From Tubulanus polymorphus (Eukaryota > Animalia > Nemertea): a DNA stretch of 64,000 nucleotides. The notes beneath the pieces were generated by a model. That model saw only the letters and a list, made by a program, of their open reading frames with translations. It ran no database searches and had not been told where the DNA came from. The first letter of the stretch is position 1; each line of letters begins with the position of its first letter. Shown piece after piece: positions 60,974 through 64,000 of the stretch. Where the stretch lies: positions 7,936,001 through 8,000,000 of the forward strand of contig NC_134028.1 in the NCBI RefSeq assembly GCF_964204645.1, written 5' to 3'. A program made the translations under genes and the position numbers.

Positions 60974-61186
60974 ACTCGGTAATGAACGTCTGAACGCTCG
61001 ATAGCTTCCATATTAAACCCTTCTGTATGTTAATGATATATAATGGTATATGCATATTGCTTTACGAATATTTTGTAATTTATCAAGGTTATTGATATTA
61101 ATCCATGTTTGATTCTATGCCTTAGTTAGATTCTGTTAATAGATTTTATACACGAGTTGACTGGGGAAAGAAAGATTCAGTTGAAG

Positions 61187-61192
61187 AATAAA
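61187..61192 (+). terminator. Candidate polyadenylation signal of the annexin gene
   Basis: AATAAA ~215 nt after the stop codon. Confidence 0.4.
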
Positions 61193-62684
61193 TCCAAACG
61201 CTCTACTATCTCATCTTTATTTGGTCATTCCTATCCATATCGAGTATGTAAGTAAGTGTTAAATTGAATCTCAGCCATGTTAATGTGTCTGTGATGTTCC
61301 TTCAACTGCTGAAGGATCACAGGGCCGATCCAAGGAAACTTATACAAGTGCCCTTTTTCATTTTGCCTACAGAGATAATTATTAATGCATTTCAGAATGA
61401 GTCGGGCTATTATTGCCCTTTTTAAACATCGAAGTGCCCTGTTGGGATATGACAAGTTCTTCAAAATTAGCCCCTCTGTGCCAGAGTACACCTAATATTG
61501 CCTTTTTGGCATTGGACTTTTCAGTTGCCCTTTTGGTATTTCAAGTCCTTCAAAATTAACCAGTTGATCGTGTCTGTGATGTTCTCCATATACTGGTAGT
61601 GGCATTTCTACTAAGACTTGGTGCCTGGTATAGAATGTTCTGCTTTCATTTAACATTATACCCGTCCTTATTTCTTCTCCAGACAAGTAATTCGCAGGAT
61701 TTCTCTATAGTGCAGTCAGTCGCGATAGGTTGAAAACTATGTTTTATATCTTGTTAATGTTCAATCGTGTACTAATTTTTAGGTGTGTATATAAACGTGT
61801 CCATAAAAATCTTGTATCTCGCTCCAGTTGTTTGTCATGTGTAGTCGAGTCGCGTTCTACTGTAAAATCATGCGTTTGAACTACAGAAATGTAAAATACT
61901 TTTAAAAAAATGGTGCTTGATTCGAGTAATAAGGTTTTTTAGGGGGCTAATTAATAAGGCCCTTTGAATTCATGAGCGATTCATGATCAATGCAACTTGC
62001 ATTCTAATTTTCTTCGACAAACTTTGGTTTACTACTTGTTTCACTTTGGTTTTCTGCCAGAGAAAAGTTCGATAGCTGATCCTATATTACGTGAATTCAT
62101 ATTGTTCTATGGAAGGGTTTTTTTTTCGATAAAAATTTCATTCGACGATTTTCCTTTTGATCATGTTTGTTATATATAATAAACTCATCGTCTTTCCAGT
62201 AGGTATACGGTTTAACGTGCATGAGTGTAGAATTTTTACATGTTTTATTTAACAATTAGATTTTGAAAATACTCTAGTTCCAACTTGTTAATGGTCTTAA
62301 TAATACATAACGCTGTAATGTCAAAGAGTGATGTGCCATCTACATTAATTTTTGTAACTGTCCATTATCAATGTTACTATCAATATTATTGTATGTTGTT
62401 TATTCATGAATATTAATAAATTCATCTATATTTAACGAGTATTAAATATCTAGTTATTTACTTCACCAAGTGGACTTACAACTAGTGGTTCTACAGTCGA
62501 AACTCTACTTAAGTCACGTTTTATTAGACAGAAATGACCTCAACCTCCTTGAAAAAATCCATGTATTTCCTTACTAACGAAAACTGAAAGCTTTGCATTT
62601 AATTTTCATTTCTTAGTTTTCTTTTCATAATCTTATATAATACAAGTAGGTACATTATAATACAGATATTAAATGCATACATTC

Positions 62685-64000
62685 TCAACGACGACGACTG
62701 CCTCCCCGACCTCTCGTCCCACCTCCCCGACCTCTTGTACCACCTCGACCTCTCATCCCACCCCCTCGACCTCTCATTCCATCACCACGACCTCCTCTCA
62801 TCCCGCCTCCACGACCTCCTCTCGTCCCAGTTCCAGGTCCTTTCGTTCTTACTCCAGCTTGAACTCTGGTTCCTCTGTTGCTCGATTTACCTCTCATTTC
62901 ACCTCTTTGTCCGCCTCTGCCGTTCAGTGATTTACCTCGCCGAGGAACACCTTTATTCGACATCTCCATCTTCAGTTTTTTATTGCGGTGAAGCGACGGC
63001 TTGCGAGGTGTCTGTTTTCGTTTCAAGCCACGCACGATATCTAAAAGATATAAACATTTCATTAACATTCAAAAGAAAAGTACAGTAGAACTCGCTTAAT
63101 TTTGATTTTCACTTAATTCGGATGAAATGTTTGGTCCATTTAACCTGGAACCATAGATTTTATTTAATTCAAAGAAATCTGGGCAGTCCCAAGTCATCTG
63201 AATTAAGAGTATTTTAAGTGAGTTCTATTGTAGAAACAATGCATCTTCGCACAGTCAGTGGCACTTGATGTAAAAGACAGATGCCAATCATTTTGACCTT
63301 GAATTTATTTTCGCTAACATTTCATCTAAAATCTCTGAATGCTACCATAGCAACAATTATGGTTTTTAATGAGCCATAGTCCCTGGGGTAGATAGGAAAA
63401 TTGGCACCAAAAGAATAGCTAGGGCAAGCCTCGCTAAGTTGCAACCTAAGAAGTTTTGATAAAATTCAACCTAGAAGATTAAATTAGCAGATTGATGATC
63501 ACTGTCTTGATATAAACCTCAATGGAAAGGTGGTGTTCCGGGTCACCGAGAACGCCCTAGATATGCTTGTATGATCATTATCTTTTTGAGGAGTACCTTG
63601 CATACAAACACTGGATCCTGCTATGTCTACATATTCATGCATAGGTAATGAGAATACACAATATCCAAGTCGGATGAATAAGTAGAAAAGGCAAGGTATT
63701 AGATGATAGCCAAAACGCTGCAGGATAAGATATTCTCACCCAACAAAACATTTCATCTTATATTAGGATTTATCGTGGGATTATCTACTTATGTTCATGC
63801 ATGCTTCACAGTTTTTATGAGCAGACGCACACATCTCAAACAGATCCACAGTATACAACATTTACCTTCATCGGGCTCTTCGCCAACTTCTTGTCTGTAA
63901 TATTCTACATCATCATCATCTTCCTCTTCAGCATTATTTTCATCATCAGCATCATCATCATCAGCATCATCATCATCAGCAATTTTGGTGTTATTTCCAG
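62685..64000 (-). CDS. PPAN: Peter pan / suppressor of SWI4 1 homolog (Brix-family ribosome biogenesis factor), last two exons (63866->64000 and 62685-63040)
   Basis: Acidic tract followed by EEEDDDVEYYRQEVGEEPDE|D resembles the PPAN C-terminal motif EDDDIEYFCQAVGEAPSEDLF (recalled); basic RGG-rich tail ending RGRGGSRRR*. Phases join across a GT-AG intron. Confidence 0.8.
63083..63230. mobile_element. Tc1/mariner-type MITE in a PPAN intron
   Basis: TA-CAGTAGAACTCGCTTAA ... TTAAGTGAGTTCTATTG-TA. Confidence 0.7.

Noticed and set aside
61231-61686. Two adjacent minus-strand ORFs (86 and 64 aa) between annexin and PPAN
   Set aside because: No recognisable domain; the region has TGCCCTTTT motifs typical of local MITE remnants.

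Overview
This is AT-rich, intron-rich eukaryotic DNA, most likely from an invertebrate animal (inferred from gene and transposon content; species not determined). It holds three host genes. (1) On the minus strand, a very large ABCA-subfamily lipid transporter starts at ATG 52955 (MGIFSQLGSNLWKNFTLQARQP...) and runs off the left edge. After TM1, its first extracellular domain is expanded into at least 19 copies of a ~200-260 aa helical module carrying a C-x(~13-27)-C pair, and no TM2-6 or NBD is reached within 53 kb. (2) On the plus strand, a divergently transcribed annexin A7/A11-like gene (14 coding exons, 55247-60973). (3) On the minus strand at the right edge, the 3' end of peter pan/PPAN (SSF1). 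A full-length DIRS1-type tyrosine-recombinase retrotransposon (11740-17827) sits in an ABCA intron. It has perfect inverted terminal repeats and internal complementary region (ICR) but a heavily disabled pol. Introns also carry many MITEs, Helentron-like repeats with a CTCF-like motif, a CORE-SINE, LINE fragments and a MITE filled with telomere-like repeats. Exon boundaries were read by eye from GT-AG sites and frames; no database searches were run.
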